From positions 1 through 64,000 of the IMG/VR virus record IMGVR_UViG_3300020185_004577: a DNA stretch of 64,000 bases; one strand, 5' to 3'. The translations under genes and the position numbers were made by a program. A model generated the notes under the pieces. The model had not been told where the DNA came from. It saw only the letters and a program-made list of their open reading frames with translations, and searched no databases. Shown here piece by piece: positions 29,254 to 39,844 of this stretch (within the stretch, counting starts at the first letter, position 1; every line of letters begins with the position of its first letter). Source of the stretch: a virus.

Positions 29254-29637
29254 TTAACTATTCCAATCCAAGTTAGAAAAAAACTCTTTTAGCTGCATAA
29301 ATGATTCTTTATTTATGTTTACAGACTTTTCTATTATTTGCTTACTTTTTTCGTCAATTTCAGCAAAATTCATAGTAAGCCTTCTATTTTCCTTGCCTTT
29401 TTCACGAGATATTATTAAATCAACCTCCAATACACTCATGGGCTGCCCAGAATCATCTGTGCTAGCAACTATTTCAATATATGTTTTTTCATTCGGAGAT
29501 GAATTTTTATTGTAAACAACTTCTTCATTTACTTCATTTACAATGTTGCTTGAGGTCTCTAAAGATTCTCCATAAGATGAGCCAGAAACTCGCTCTGTAG
29601 TCAATACGCTACCACTTTCTTCAACTATATCATTCAT
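29254..29637 (-). CDS. Hypothetical protein
   Basis: 127-aa ORF with host-type promoter upstream. Confidence 0.7.
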   Translation of the reverse strand: MNDIVEESGSVLTTERVSGSSYGESLETSSNIVNEVNEEVVYNKNSSPNEKTYIEIVASTDDSGQPMSVLEVDLIISREKGKENRRLTMNFAEIDEKSKQIIEKSVNINKESFMQLKEFFSNLDWNS

Positions 29638-29695
29638 AATATTAATATTTCAATCAATATAATTTATAAAAGACAAAAGTCAATATTACTACAAC

Positions 29696-29728
29696 AAAAA
29701 AGCTCTTCAATTAGTTAAAGAGCTTTTT
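29696..29728 (-). terminator. Intrinsic terminator
   Basis: aaaaagctctt...aagagcttttt. Confidence 0.75.
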
Positions 29729-29763
29729 AAAATATTGTATTTAAGTATTAAATAGTAAAATTT

Positions 29764-30291
29764 CTACTTTTTCTCAACCCAAACAACTTTACCTTCAGAC
29801 ATTACTGGGTTGTGTACTGCACCCTTGAAAGGCTTACCTCCTGTAAGTTCTGAATATTTAGCTTGCAATTGAGATTCATCACTTTGCATCTTTTTCTTTA
29901 ATCCTTGAATTTGACTTGCAATATTAGCGATTTCTTTTTGTGCTTTTTCATATTTTGCTTTATCAGAAGCGTCTGTATATGCTTTTTTAACATCTCCTGC
30001 AGCTTTGTTTACTGCATCTTTCGCTTGGCCTGCAGCATCTTTTGCAGCATCAGCAACTTTTCCAGCGGTCTCTTTAGCTTTTCCACCTATCATTTTACCA
30101 ACACCCTTAAGTCCAGCACCAATACTTCCAAACAACTCTTGAAGCTCTTCTTCAGAAATATCTTCTCCTTCATTTATTCTAGATATGGCTTCTGTTAGTT
30201 TTGCCTTTTTTTCTTTAAGAGATTGAGCCTTAATGTACTTTGAAGCCTCTTCACTTATAATAGCCTTCAATTCTTTTCTTGTTATTTTCAT
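29764..30291 (-). CDS. Putative internal head protein, Ala/Lys-rich amphipathic helix
   Basis: Start reassigned to MKITRKELKAIISEE (30291), downstream of TATTTATA. Confidence 0.6.
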   Translation of the reverse strand: MKITRKELKAIISEEASKYIKAQSLKEKKAKLTEAISRINEGEDISEEELQELFGSIGAGLKGVGKMIGGKAKETAGKVADAAKDAAGQAKDAVNKAAGDVKKAYTDASDKAKYEKAQKEIANIASQIQGLKKKMQSDESQLQAKYSELTGGKPFKGAVHNPVMSEGKVVWVEKK

Positions 30292-30334
30292 TATTTTGTG
30301 TTTATCTATATAAAATAAATATAAATAAAAAAAT

Positions 30335-30358
30335 AAAAAGGGGCAAAAAACCCCTTTT
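30335..30358 (-). terminator. Intrinsic terminator after hsp20
   Basis: aaaagggg-caaaaaa-cccctttt. Confidence 0.8.
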
Positions 30359-30384
30359 AACACACAAATCAATTGAACAATTAA

Positions 30385-30819
30385 TTACTTAATCTCAACA
30401 GTTCTTTTTTTGTTTTTAGCAGAATTACTCTTAGGTACATTAATGTACAAAATACCATTATCATACTTAGATGTTATCTTGTCTAAATTTGAATCCTTGG
30501 GAAGTTTAAACATTTTATCAAAAGAACTTTTTCCAAACTCTCTTAAAGAATAATTTTTTGAATCTTCACTTTCTTCATCGGTAATTTCGTATTTAACTTT
30601 TAAAATAAAGTCTTCTAATGATATATTAATTAATTTTTTGTCTATACCAGGTATACACATTTGAATCTCTTGGAAAGATTCTTGATTCAACACATTTGAC
30701 TTTACGTTATTATTTGTGAATTTAACATCTCTAAACAACTCTTCAAAAGGTGTGAAACTTTTTAGCTGAGAGTCTATGACAGACTCAATTGGCGACAGCC
30801 TTCTTTTAATTGTAAACAT
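30385..30819 (-). CDS. Small heat-shock protein (Hsp20/alpha-crystallin)
   Basis: IPGIDK, REFGKSSFDKMFKLP, KYDNGILYINVPK. Confidence 0.93.
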   Translation of the reverse strand: MFTIKRRLSPIESVIDSQLKSFTPFEELFRDVKFTNNNVKSNVLNQESFQEIQMCIPGIDKKLINISLEDFILKVKYEITDEESEDSKNYSLREFGKSSFDKMFKLPKDSNLDKITSKYDNGILYINVPKSNSAKNKKRTVEIK

Positions 30820-30867
30820 ATTTTTTATTTTTTAATTTACAATTAACACTTCAAAGTTTATACCAAC

Positions 30868-30908
30868 AAAAAAAACGTCAATTTTATAGACAAATTGACG
30901 TTTTTTTT
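30868..30908. terminator. 17-bp perfect inverted repeat (terminator and/or operator)
   Basis: aaaaaaaacgtcaattt-tatagac-aaattgacgtttttttt. Confidence 0.7.
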
Positions 30909-30936
30909 AAAAATATATGACAAAAAATCCGATTTT

Positions 30937-31203
30937 TTATCTCTTTTGATATTTTTTAATATTTTCTGGCCATACTATTATTTTGTTATCAGCAGACACA
31001 TATCTATAGTCTAATATATTTAAAAAATAACGCTCTCCTTCATTATTAGCTACCATAAACCTACAATCACCTTTGAACCCAGTCATTAACTTAGTTGTTG
31101 CTTCACAAAATGCTTCTTGAGTTGTGTACTCTAAGTCTATCGTTCTTACGTTATTGTTTTTTTTGTTTTTCGTTTTATTGGTAAAGTGTCCTAAAAATTC
31201 CAT
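30937..31203 (-). CDS. Hypothetical protein
   Basis: 88-aa ORF. Confidence 0.65.
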   Translation of the reverse strand: MEFLGHFTNKTKNKKNNNVRTIDLEYTTQEAFCEATTKLMTGFKGDCRFMVANNEGERYFLNILDYRYVSADNKIIVWPENIKKYQKR

Positions 31204-31302
31204 ATTAAGTTTTGTTTTTTTCTTTCTTTTAATTTATACAACCAAAAATATGTAATTACATTAACGAAAGCAAGTTTTATTGAAAAAATAATTTATTTTT
31301 TT

Positions 31303-31767
31303 TCAATCAAATATTTTGTAGTAAAACTTAGGTAATAATATTTCTGAATCTGAATAATTTAATTTGTATTCGTACTTAATGAGTGCAACATCGAAGTCCA
31401 TACGTTTAACTATAGCTCCAGTAGGGTCTAATAAATCAATTTTACAAATATGAACATCTTTATATTCATCAATCCAATCATTTGATGTGATTGCTAACAT
31501 TGATTCTATGGAGATAATATTACCTTGTTCAGGAGTATAATAAAAATGTAAAGATTTAATTCTGTCTGGGCTGATTGTTTTATCAGAATATTCATTTTGT
31601 AAAAAAACAACAAATCTATTTGCTTTATATGGTTCAAAAGAATTAAAAAGAGTTCCTTGAGTTAAACGATAAGATTCTGGGTTGTTTATATTATAGTATG
31701 CATAACCCGTATAAGGAGAAGATTCTTTTCTTTCAAGAATTAACTTTCTTTTTCTCCTTTTATACAT
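31303..31767 (-). CDS. Tail tube protein-like paralog (divergent)
   Basis: FEPYKANRFVV and LLDPTGAIVKR resemble gp19-like tube proteins. Confidence 0.55.
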   Translation of the reverse strand: MYKRRKRKLILERKESSPYTGYAYYNINNPESYRLTQGTLFNSFEPYKANRFVVFLQNEYSDKTISPDRIKSLHFYYTPEQGNIISIESMLAITSNDWIDEYKDVHICKIDLLDPTGAIVKRMDFDVALIKYEYKLNYSDSEILLPKFYYKIFD

Positions 31768-31769
31768 AA

Positions 31770-32414
31770 TTAAATTCTATTCTTATATTTTAATATTTTT
31801 TGCATTTTTACAGGAGTAAGAACAAGTCCATTTTTTAGTGTTAAAGAAAATTGCTTAGCAATAGCCCTTTCTATCAAATCAAAGCTTAATCTAGTATCTC
31901 CAACCAAAAACCCTCTGTCAGTAAATTTGACAATAAATGGGAAGTTTGTTTTAGTGTCAAACCTAACTATCAAATCTTTTTTTGGTACTTTTGGCATTTC
32001 CTTAGCTGGATTAGCAACTTTTTTGCTTACAACATTGAGCTCTTTTTCTTGTTCTGTCAAAGATTCGGCTGCAGATTTCTCTGCTGTTATTTTTTGATTT
32101 TCTAAATCTGTAACTCTTTGTTTGGCAGAAGATTCTAATTCTCTAGTTAAATCCAATTGGTCTTGAGTTATCTTTACCTGCGCATCAGCCATTTTTTTAT
32201 AATCGGCCCCACTAGCAGAAGTTTGAACTTGTTTGTCCATTTTTAATTTTTCTGTTAGATTTTTTATGCTTTCCGTAGTTTTTTCTAAAGTATCTTTAGC
32301 CAATTCTATTGCATCTTCTAAAGTTGCAACATTGTCAACTTTTGCATCATCTTCAGACAAATACAAAGAAGCTTCTTTTAATATAAATGAATCTATATCT
32401 CTTTTGGTAAACAT
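31770..32414 (-). CDS. Coiled-coil late protein, putative head-associated
   Basis: IDSFILKEASLYLSE N-terminus; TATTTATA upstream. Confidence 0.6.
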   Translation of the reverse strand: MFTKRDIDSFILKEASLYLSEDDAKVDNVATLEDAIELAKDTLEKTTESIKNLTEKLKMDKQVQTSASGADYKKMADAQVKITQDQLDLTRELESSAKQRVTDLENQKITAEKSAAESLTEQEKELNVVSKKVANPAKEMPKVPKKDLIVRFDTKTNFPFIVKFTDRGFLVGDTRLSFDLIERAIAKQFSLTLKNGLVLTPVKMQKILKYKNRI

Positions 32415-32450
32415 GTTGTTTTGTTTTTAATATAAATAGTTTATAAAAGT

Positions 32451-32479
32451 AAAAAAGAGCACTTAAAAGTACTCTCTTT
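32451..32479 (-). terminator. Intrinsic terminator
   Basis: aagagcact...agtactct stem with a U-tract on the minus strand. Confidence 0.6.
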
Positions 32480-32490
32480 CATTTATTATA

Positions 32491-32676
32491 CTATTGTGCA
32501 CCCATTAAATTATCATAATGTTCTTGCCAAATCTTTTCTTCTTTTCTCTTCAAATCTTCTAAGGCCTTTCTTTTTTGTTCCAAATGCTTTTGAGCCACTT
32601 TTTTTCTAGCCGCTTTTTTTTTGCCTTTTTTTACAGATAGTCTATTTTTTGTTGCTTTATTTTTAACTTTTTTCAT
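32491..32676 (-). CDS. Small highly basic protein
   Basis: 61 aa, Lys/Arg-rich, own promoter and terminator. Confidence 0.7.
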   Translation of the reverse strand: MKKVKNKATKNRLSVKKGKKKAARKKVAQKHLEQKRKALEDLKRKEEKIWQEHYDNLMGAQ

Positions 32677-32726
32677 ATTGCTAAATTTTTTAATAAAATT
32701 AAATAATTTTTATACAAAGTCAACAA

Positions 32727-34448
32727 TTAAGACATTCTATTATTGATTTCATCTCTAACTTTAGCAGCTTTTTCATAATCTTCTACTTCCAAAGAAGAGG
32801 CTAAAGCATCATTAAGTTCATCAATATTCATATCTGATATGTTTTTATCAATTTGTGTCTCTTGAACTTCTGGGCTTTCTTCTACTTCAATTCTATCATC
32901 ACCATCTTCGATAGCCCTTAATATATCATCTGTATTATCAGAACCTGCATCAACTATATCTTCTGGGCTAGGTGTTTGACCATTATTTTCTTCTTGATAT
33001 TCTTCAATATCTTCTTCTATCTCGTCTAACAACTCCTCAAGAGCAGAAATTCCTGCCTGGCCATCATGTAGTACTTTATCCATTAAATCCAAAAATTCGT
33101 CTGGCTCTAGCATGCCAAGCTCATATAACAAGGTGGAAACTATAGTGTAATCATTTTCTCTATCTTGAACTATATAATCGATTGCATCATGTAAGTATTT
33201 CCAAATTCTAGGGCCTAATAATTTCATCCAGTGCTCTTCTTGGTATGAATCTGCCCTACCCAATACTGCTTTTTGCATTTTTGGGGTCATATTTTCTAAA
33301 CTGTATGCAAATAAGTATTCCACCACAGATTTTGCTACTTCATGAAGTAATATGGGAAACAGATGAGCAGAGGCCTTAGCTCCAGTTACTGGTCTAGTTT
33401 GCACCTCATCTTCGCCCTCTTCACCATCTTCGTCTTGAGAGTCTTCTTCATCTCCAAATTTTAATTCTGATTTACCCATATTAGTTCTCATGCCAGTGGC
33501 TTTTGGGTCAAAACTCCAAGTCATCAACTCAACAGTTGGCATAATTTCCATATACAAAGCAAATAACTCGGGGTCAATCGCTTCCACTTCAGCTCTTAAG
33601 TCAGATATAGTTTTGTGACTTCTATATCCTGCACCCATCGCTAATGCGTTTTGCATAAATCTTTTGTCTAAATTCTTTTTTAATTGCTCTTGTTCTTCTG
33701 GTGTAAAATCATCTTCTATAGTTTGTTCTAACTGTTGTTGCAAATCTTGACCAGAATCATCTTCCATATCCATGTCTGGTCCATTTTCTAAAGGCTTTAA
33801 ATCGGCTTCTATTTTTTGCATGATTCTATCTTCTACACCAAAAGTACGCTTCACTACATCTAAAGCAAGTCTTTCAAGCGCTTCTTTATGTCTAGCCTCT
33901 AACATGCTAGCCATCATTGTTTTTTGCATAGCATTCATAGGAGCTATAAGCCCTGCTTCTTGTGCATTTCTTAACACCTCATTAAACTCTTCTGTTCCTA
34001 ATTTTGATAAAGTCTTGAAATCTGGTTCTCCTTTTTGGAATATTTCTATATGTTTAAAAGGAGTATCTTCTGCACCCTCCTCTCCAGATAAGCCAGATTT
34101 AATTCTTGGGTGTATAAACCTTTCTCCTGAAGCCTCATCTTCTGGTCTCAATGGAGCTTCATTTATCATCCTTCTATACTTATTATACTCCTCTATTTTT
34201 TTATATTTTCTTTCTAATGTATAAACGCTTTCCATCTGAACACTTTCTGCTTTAGGCTTAGGTTTTTCCGATGGATTTGGGTCTCTATCTGGTATGCCTC
34301 TTCTTTTTTTCTTTTTCCCAGTGTCTGTATCTGTATCTGTATCTGTATCAGTATCGGGATTGGCTATTTCATTTTCTTCCATCTTTTTTTCCATAAGACG
34401 CTTAGCAATAGCTTCTTTTAAAAGTTTTTTTAAATCTTTCTTATTCAT
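32727..34448 (-). CDS. Acidic late protein with HExxK motif and C-terminal UVR motif; putative virion protein
   Basis: LKKLLKEA N-terminus, (DT)6 tract, [25 protein letters not shown]. Confidence 0.65.
   Translation of the reverse strand: MNKKDLKKLLKEAIAKRLMEKKMEENEIANPDTDTDTDTDTDTGKKKKRRGIPDRDPNPSEKPKPKAESVQMESVYTLERKYKKIEEYNKYRRMINEAPLRPEDEASGERFIHPRIKSGLSGEEGAEDTPFKHIEIFQKGEPDFKTLSKLGTEEFNEVLRNAQEAGLIAPMNAMQKTMMASMLEARHKEALERLALDVVKRTFGVEDRIMQKIEADLKPLENGPDMDMEDDSGQDLQQQLEQTIEDDFTPEEQEQLKKNLDKRFMQNALAMGAGYRSHKTISDLRAEVEAIDPELFALYMEIMPTVELMTWSFDPKATGMRTNMGKSELKFGDEEDSQDEDGEEGEDEVQTRPVTGAKASAHLFPILLHEVAKSVVEYLFAYSLENMTPKMQKAVLGRADSYQEEHWMKLLGPRIWKYLHDAIDYIVQDRENDYTIVSTLLYELGMLEPDEFLDLMDKVLHDGQAGISALEELLDEIEEDIEEYQEENNGQTPSPEDIVDAGSDNTDDILRAIEDGDDRIEVEESPEVQETQIDKNISDMNIDELNDALASSLEVEDYEKAAKVRDEINNRMS
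34319..34356. repeat. 6-nt microsatellite (gtatct)n encoding a DT repeat
   Basis: gtgtct gtatct gtatct gtatct gtatca gtatcg. Confidence 0.85.
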
Positions 34449-34500
34449 TTTTATTTATTTAATATAAAATATTACTACTATAAATATGATTCAAAAAAGA

Positions 34501-34529
34501 AAAAGCCCTCTGTTTAAAAGAAGGCTTTT
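34501..34529 (-). terminator. Intrinsic terminator after nrdA
   Basis: aaaagcc...ggctttt stem. Confidence 0.7.
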
Positions 34530-34553
34530 ACTTTATTATTTAACTTTTATACA

Positions 34554-37211
34554 CTAACTTCCGCAAGCTTCACAATTGTCTGGATTATCTAGACTACAAG
34601 CCATTTGAGACATGGCATCCACCTCTTCTTCTGACATATCTGTGGGAGATGTGGGAGAAACAACTTCAGGTACAGATGTAGAAGATATAAATCTACCATC
34701 ACTATCTATTTTTTCAACAACTTTTGTTTCTGGAATGCTGTCAATCAGAACTTCTGAGTTTATTTCTATATTTTTAATTTCAGAGTCATCTTTTTTCTTT
34801 ATTGAGTTAACGTCTGTACCTAAAGATTTTCTGGCTTCTGATTTTGCATTACTTCTAAGATAATACATACCAGTCTTTAGGCCTTTAGACCATCCATAAA
34901 ATAGAGCTTTATTTACCTTTGCAACATTTGCGTCTCTTAAAAATAGGTTCATAGATTGTGACTGGTCTATAAATGCAGCTCTATCAGCAGACATGTCTAT
35001 AAGATTGCTGGCTTTCATTTCCCAAACAGTTTTATAAGTCATTTTTATTTCTTCTGGTATTTCTGCTATAGTTTGAATAGAACCATTATTTTGAATCATC
35101 TTTATTCTAATATCATCATTCCACAAGTCTATATTTATCAAATCTTCAACCAAGTGTCTGTTTACCAAAACAAACTCTCCTGACAACACATTTCTTTTAT
35201 ATAAATTATTTGTAAAAGGCTCAAAACACTCATTATTCCCCAATATTTGTGCAGTAGATGCTGTAGGCATAGGTGCTACCAGTAAAGAATTTCTAACACC
35301 ATGTTTAATTACAGACTTTTTAAGTTTTGACCAATTCCAAAGGCCAGACAATTCTTCTTCTTTAATTCCCCACATATCATACTGAAATATGCCTTTAGAA
35401 ACTGGAGAACCTTTAAAAGAAGAGTATGCTCCTGATGTTTCTGGAGCGTCTGCATTAATGGCGACCTCTTCTTTGTATAAAGATTTTGAAATATCGTTAG
35501 AAGCAGTCATGGCAGCAAAGTATATTGTTTCAAAAATATCTTTGTTTAATTGTTTGGCTGAATTTGACTCAAAAGGAATTCCTAAAAGAGCAAATGTATC
35601 AGCTAAGCCTTGAACGCCCAAACCTATAGGCCTATGTCTCATGTTGGACTTTTTAGTTTCTTTAGTTGGATACCAATTTGCATCTATAACTCTATTTAAA
35701 TTCAAGGTTGCTTGATATGTAACATCATAAAGCTTCTTGAAATCATAAGTTCTAAGACTCTTATCTTTGGACTTAACCTTTCCAGTTGGAATGTCTACCA
35801 TTTTAGGAAGAGCTATTGAGGCCAAATTGCAAACTGCAGTTTCATCTGGAGTACTTACCTCCATGATTTCTGTGCACAAATTAGAAGATTTAATTACTCC
35901 TATATTTTTTTGATTACTTTTGTTGTTGGCAGAATCTTTAAAAAGAACATAAGGTGTTCCAGTTTCTATTTGAGCTTCAAGTATTTTACCCCACAACTCT
36001 CTAGCTTTCATCACTTTTTTACCTCTACCTTCTGATTCATATTTTTCATAAAGTTTGGTAAATTCTAAATTTACTTCTGATTCATTTAATAGTTCACCAT
36101 CTTCATTGTATTTAGGGTATACATCATATACATCTGAAAGACCTGGGCATTCGTTGGGGCACATTAAAGTCCAATTAGCATCATCTTTAACTCTTTGCAT
36201 AAACAAATCAGGAGTCCACAATGCTAAAAACAAATCTCTAGCTCTTTCCTCTTCTTTTCCGTGGTTTTTTCTTAAATCAATAAAACTTTCTACGTCAAAA
36301 TGCCAAGGCTCTAGATATATGGCAAACGAACCCTTTCTCTTGCCCCCTTGATTTATCCATCTAGCTACTTCATTGTAGGTTTTAAGCATAGGGAGTAGAC
36401 CGTCTGAATTGCCTCCAGTGCCCTTTATATAAGAGCCTTTAGACCTTACACCATGAACATGAAGACCTACTCCACCAGACCATTTAGATATTTTTGCCAC
36501 ATCCTTTAAAGTGTCGAACAAAGAATCTATATCATCCCCCTTGTTAGCAACTAAAAAACATGAAGACAATTGCGGCTTAGGAGTTCCAGAATTAAATAAA
36601 GTCGGAGTTGCATGAGTAAATTGTCCTGTAGATAGTAATTCATAAGTTTTTTGAACCTCCTTTAAGTTCTCACCCCATATGCCCAAAGAAACTCTCATGT
36701 ACATATGTTGTGGTGTCTCAACAACCATTCCATTAATTTTTAACAAATAAGACCTTTCCAGTGTTTTGAATCCAAAATATTCAAAATCCAAATCTCTATC
36801 ATGAATAATCATGGATTCTATTTTCTTAGCATTTGACTTTACAACGTTTAATAACTCTTCGGAAACCAAAGGGGCATGCTCTTTTGTTTTTGGGTCTATA
36901 TTGTTATACAAGTCTTCTATGGTATCTTTAAAAGATTTTTTTGTCTCTTTTTTAACAGAAGTTAAAGCTATTCTGGCTGCAAGTATTGAGTAGTCAGGAT
37001 GTATTCTAGTTAAAGATGCAGCAGTTTCTGCCGCTAAAGTATCTAATTCTCTAGTGGTAACACCATCATATACCCCTGCAATAACCTTTTTTGCAATTTC
37101 CATATAATCAACAAAATCTTGGTCTAATCCATACGTTTGTTTTTTTATTCTTGCTGATATTTTGTCAAATTTTACTGACTCTTCAGAGCCGTCTCTTTTT
37201 ATTACTTTCAT
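34554..37211 (-). CDS. nrdA: Ribonucleoside-diphosphate reductase class Ia, alpha subunit
   Basis: ATP cone VIKRDG, ATPTLFN, SSCF, SNLCTE, VCNLAS, MYYLR, C-terminal CEACGS. Confidence 0.98.
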   Translation of the reverse strand: MKVIKRDGSEESVKFDKISARIKKQTYGLDQDFVDYMEIAKKVIAGVYDGVTTRELDTLAAETAASLTRIHPDYSILAARIALTSVKKETKKSFKDTIEDLYNNIDPKTKEHAPLVSEELLNVVKSNAKKIESMIIHDRDLDFEYFGFKTLERSYLLKINGMVVETPQHMYMRVSLGIWGENLKEVQKTYELLSTGQFTHATPTLFNSGTPKPQLSSCFLVANKGDDIDSLFDTLKDVAKISKWSGGVGLHVHGVRSKGSYIKGTGGNSDGLLPMLKTYNEVARWINQGGKRKGSFAIYLEPWHFDVESFIDLRKNHGKEEERARDLFLALWTPDLFMQRVKDDANWTLMCPNECPGLSDVYDVYPKYNEDGELLNESEVNLEFTKLYEKYESEGRGKKVMKARELWGKILEAQIETGTPYVLFKDSANNKSNQKNIGVIKSSNLCTEIMEVSTPDETAVCNLASIALPKMVDIPTGKVKSKDKSLRTYDFKKLYDVTYQATLNLNRVIDANWYPTKETKKSNMRHRPIGLGVQGLADTFALLGIPFESNSAKQLNKDIFETIYFAAMTASNDISKSLYKEEVAINADAPETSGAYSSFKGSPVSKGIFQYDMWGIKEEELSGLWNWSKLKKSVIKHGVRNSLLVAPMPTASTAQILGNNECFEPFTNNLYKRNVLSGEFVLVNRHLVEDLINIDLWNDDIRIKMIQNNGSIQTIAEIPEEIKMTYKTVWEMKASNLIDMSADRAAFIDQSQSMNLFLRDANVAKVNKALFYGWSKGLKTGMYYLRSNAKSEARKSLGTDVNSIKKKDDSEIKNIEINSEVLIDSIPETKVVEKIDSDGRFISSTSVPEVVSPTSPTDMSEEEVDAMSQMACSLDNPDNCEACGS

Positions 37212-37228
37212 CTCTTATTTTTTTAAAA

Positions 37229-38239
37229 TTAAAACTCATCATCTCCACCATCAAAGCTGATAGTATTCTCTGTTGTATCTCCACCAACTCCAGACTTAGA
37301 ATAGTCACCTACTCTTTTTTCAAAAAAGTTTGTCTTATTTTCAAGTGCTATATTTGACATAAAATCAAAAGGATTTTTAGTTCCAAAAATAGGTGTACAA
37401 TTTAAATCTGACAACAATGCGTCAGCAACGTACTCTAAATATTCAGACATCAACTTTGAATTCATACCTATTAAGCTAACTGGTAAAGATTCTGTGATAA
37501 ACTCTTTTTCTATTTCTAGTGCAGAGCCAATTATCTCTTTAATTCTATCCTTTGAAACTTGATTAATAACATGATTATTGTGTAAGTGTGTTGCAAAATC
37601 ACAATGTAGAGCTTCATCTCTAGATATTAACTCATTAGAAAAGCTAAGCCCTGGCATCAACCCTCTGCTTTTTAGCCAAAAAATAGAACAAAAAGACCCA
37701 GAAAAGAATATTCCCTCAACAGCTGCAAACGCTATAAGCCTTTCAGCAAAACTATCTGATTCAATCCACTTTAAAGCCCACTCAGCCTTTTTCTTTACTG
37801 CTGGTATTGTGTCTAAAGCGTTAAAAAGTCTATCTTTTTCTTCTTTATTTTTTACGTAGGTATCTATAAGTAATGAATACGTTTCTGAATGTATGTTTTC
37901 CATTGAAATCTGAAATCCATAGAAAAATTTAGCTTCAGGATATTGCACTTCGCTTAAAAAGTTTTCTGCTAAATTTTCATTTACAATACCATCTGAAGCT
38001 GCGAAAAATGCTAAAACATTTTTTATGAAATATCTTTCGTTTTCATTTAATTTTTCCCAATCTACTAAGTCTTGTTGTAAATCTATTTCTTCTGCAGTCC
38101 AAAAACTTGCCTCTGCTTTTTTGTAAAATTGCCAAATATCATCATATTTTATAGGAAATACAACAAATCTATTAGGATTATCTTTTAGTATACTTTCTTC
38201 TAATGTACCAACTTTTCGTTCTAGCGTTTTTTCGTTCAT
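37229..38239 (-). CDS. nrdB: Ribonucleoside-diphosphate reductase class Ia, beta subunit
   Basis: [39 protein letters not shown]. Confidence 0.98.
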   Translation of the reverse strand: MNEKTLERKVGTLEESILKDNPNRFVVFPIKYDDIWQFYKKAEASFWTAEEIDLQQDLVDWEKLNENERYFIKNVLAFFAASDGIVNENLAENFLSEVQYPEAKFFYGFQISMENIHSETYSLLIDTYVKNKEEKDRLFNALDTIPAVKKKAEWALKWIESDSFAERLIAFAAVEGIFFSGSFCSIFWLKSRGLMPGLSFSNELISRDEALHCDFATHLHNNHVINQVSKDRIKEIIGSALEIEKEFITESLPVSLIGMNSKLMSEYLEYVADALLSDLNCTPIFGTKNPFDFMSNIALENKTNFFEKRVGDYSKSGVGGDTTENTISFDGGDDEF

Positions 38240-38324
38240 ATTATTTTTTTATTTTATTTTATTTTTAAGCAACACAAATATAGTAATAGTAATTTCTTTA
38301 CCAAAATAATTGCTATTTTTTCAC

Positions 38325-39725
38325 TTAAGATTTTGATATTTTTTCAATATCTAAACCTGCAATGTTTGAAAGTCCATAATTAGACTGATTAACATCTTGC
38401 AAAACTCTTATATCTAAATTAGAAGTGTCAAAATGTAAATCAATTGTAAATCCATCTTCTCCATTTCTGTTTTTCAATATCATCATCTTAGCTTTGTTTA
38501 CAGCCTTATCTTCTTCAGTCCTACCTATACCCAATATTAAATCAGCAGTTTGAGCTTTACCAAGACTTTCACTAATAACTCTAAGGTCAAATTTTGGAGA
38601 GTTTATAGCTTCTCTATTTGCTTGAGTTGCAGTCCATATGGGAACATTCAACTCCATAGCCATAGCTCTCAACGTTTCATAAATGCTAGTTAAATTATAT
38701 CTTCTCTCAGAATATTCTGATGTTGATTTCATTATATCCGCATAATCCACAAAAATGACATCTGGTTTAATTCCGTGGTCTCTTTCTAATGATTGTAAGT
38801 GAGCTCTTAAGGTGTTAACAGAAGCTGTGCCAGTTGGAAACTCTTTTATAAAAAGTTGTCCCCCTTTATTTTTTATGTACTGTGATGTCTCTCTAATTTT
38901 ATCCACATATTCAGTAACATATTTTAAAGGTATATTATTAAGTGCAGAATCAAATCTGTGACCTATTTTCTCCTCTTTCATTTCTAGGCTATAATAAATG
39001 GCTTTTTTACCATCCAACATTGCGTTACTGGCCAACTTTACTAGCCCCATAGATTTACCCCCTCCAGTAGGAGCTAATATAATAGCCAACTCTCCACCTG
39101 CAAGACCCCCACCTATAATATTATCTAACCCTTCCATGGCAGTTATCGGCTCTCTACTTTCTATGACTAACCTTTTTTCTACATCATCTAAATAATTGTG
39201 ACCACTACTTTTTGGCTCACCTAACTTTAGGCTATCACCTATAATAACAGATATATTATCATAATCTTCCACCTCCCAAGCTTTTGCAGCTTTTAAGAGT
39301 CCTTTTTTTAAACCTTGTCTTTTACAAAATTCTAAAGAAACTTCTTTAACAAATTTTTGGTCGTTATGCTTATATTTTGAAACAATGTCTATTAACTCTA
39401 TTAATTGCTCCTGTTGTATTCCAACCTCTTTATACTTAATTAAACTAATTAAAGTCTCATAGTTTGGAATGAAATTATATTTTGCTATATATTTGGATAT
39501 ATGCTGAAACAATATCTTATGTTGTATATTGTCAAAGTGCTTAGCATACAAAATGTCTAATATTTGTTGAGAAAATTCTTCATCTTCAATAAAACACTTT
39601 ATTAGCTTAGTTTGAAAAGAAGACTCTTTCATAGCCTCTTTTCTACCCGAATAGTCATCTACATTGTCAAAAGCATCAACTATTTCATTAGCATTTATTT
39701 CTTTCGTGTTTAAATTTTCTTTCAT
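38325..39725 (-). CDS. Replicative helicase DnaB/T4 gp41-like
   Basis: APTGGGKS, YSLEM, IKEFP, VDYAD, WTATQANR, KNRNG. Confidence 0.93.
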   Translation of the reverse strand: MKENLNTKEINANEIVDAFDNVDDYSGRKEAMKESSFQTKLIKCFIEDEEFSQQILDILYAKHFDNIQHKILFQHISKYIAKYNFIPNYETLISLIKYKEVGIQQEQLIELIDIVSKYKHNDQKFVKEVSLEFCKRQGLKKGLLKAAKAWEVEDYDNISVIIGDSLKLGEPKSSGHNYLDDVEKRLVIESREPITAMEGLDNIIGGGLAGGELAIILAPTGGGKSMGLVKLASNAMLDGKKAIYYSLEMKEEKIGHRFDSALNNIPLKYVTEYVDKIRETSQYIKNKGGQLFIKEFPTGTASVNTLRAHLQSLERDHGIKPDVIFVDYADIMKSTSEYSERRYNLTSIYETLRAMAMELNVPIWTATQANREAINSPKFDLRVISESLGKAQTADLILGIGRTEEDKAVNKAKMMILKNRNGEDGFTIDLHFDTSNLDIRVLQDVNQSNYGLSNIAGLDIEKISKS

Positions 39726-39844
39726 TAGATATTTGTTGAAGTGTTAATAAATAAGTTTTTTTTTAAATCTTGTTTTTAATTTGTTTATATTTTTTTTCAC
39801 CATAAAGGCTGCAAAGTCTGAAAAGGACTTTTATGGTTTATAAG

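Noticed and set aside
12693-30372. ORF-track starts at 13064, 15563 and 30372
   Set aside because: The extensions cross promoters, terminators or the upstream gene; better starts are 13001, 15482 and 30291.
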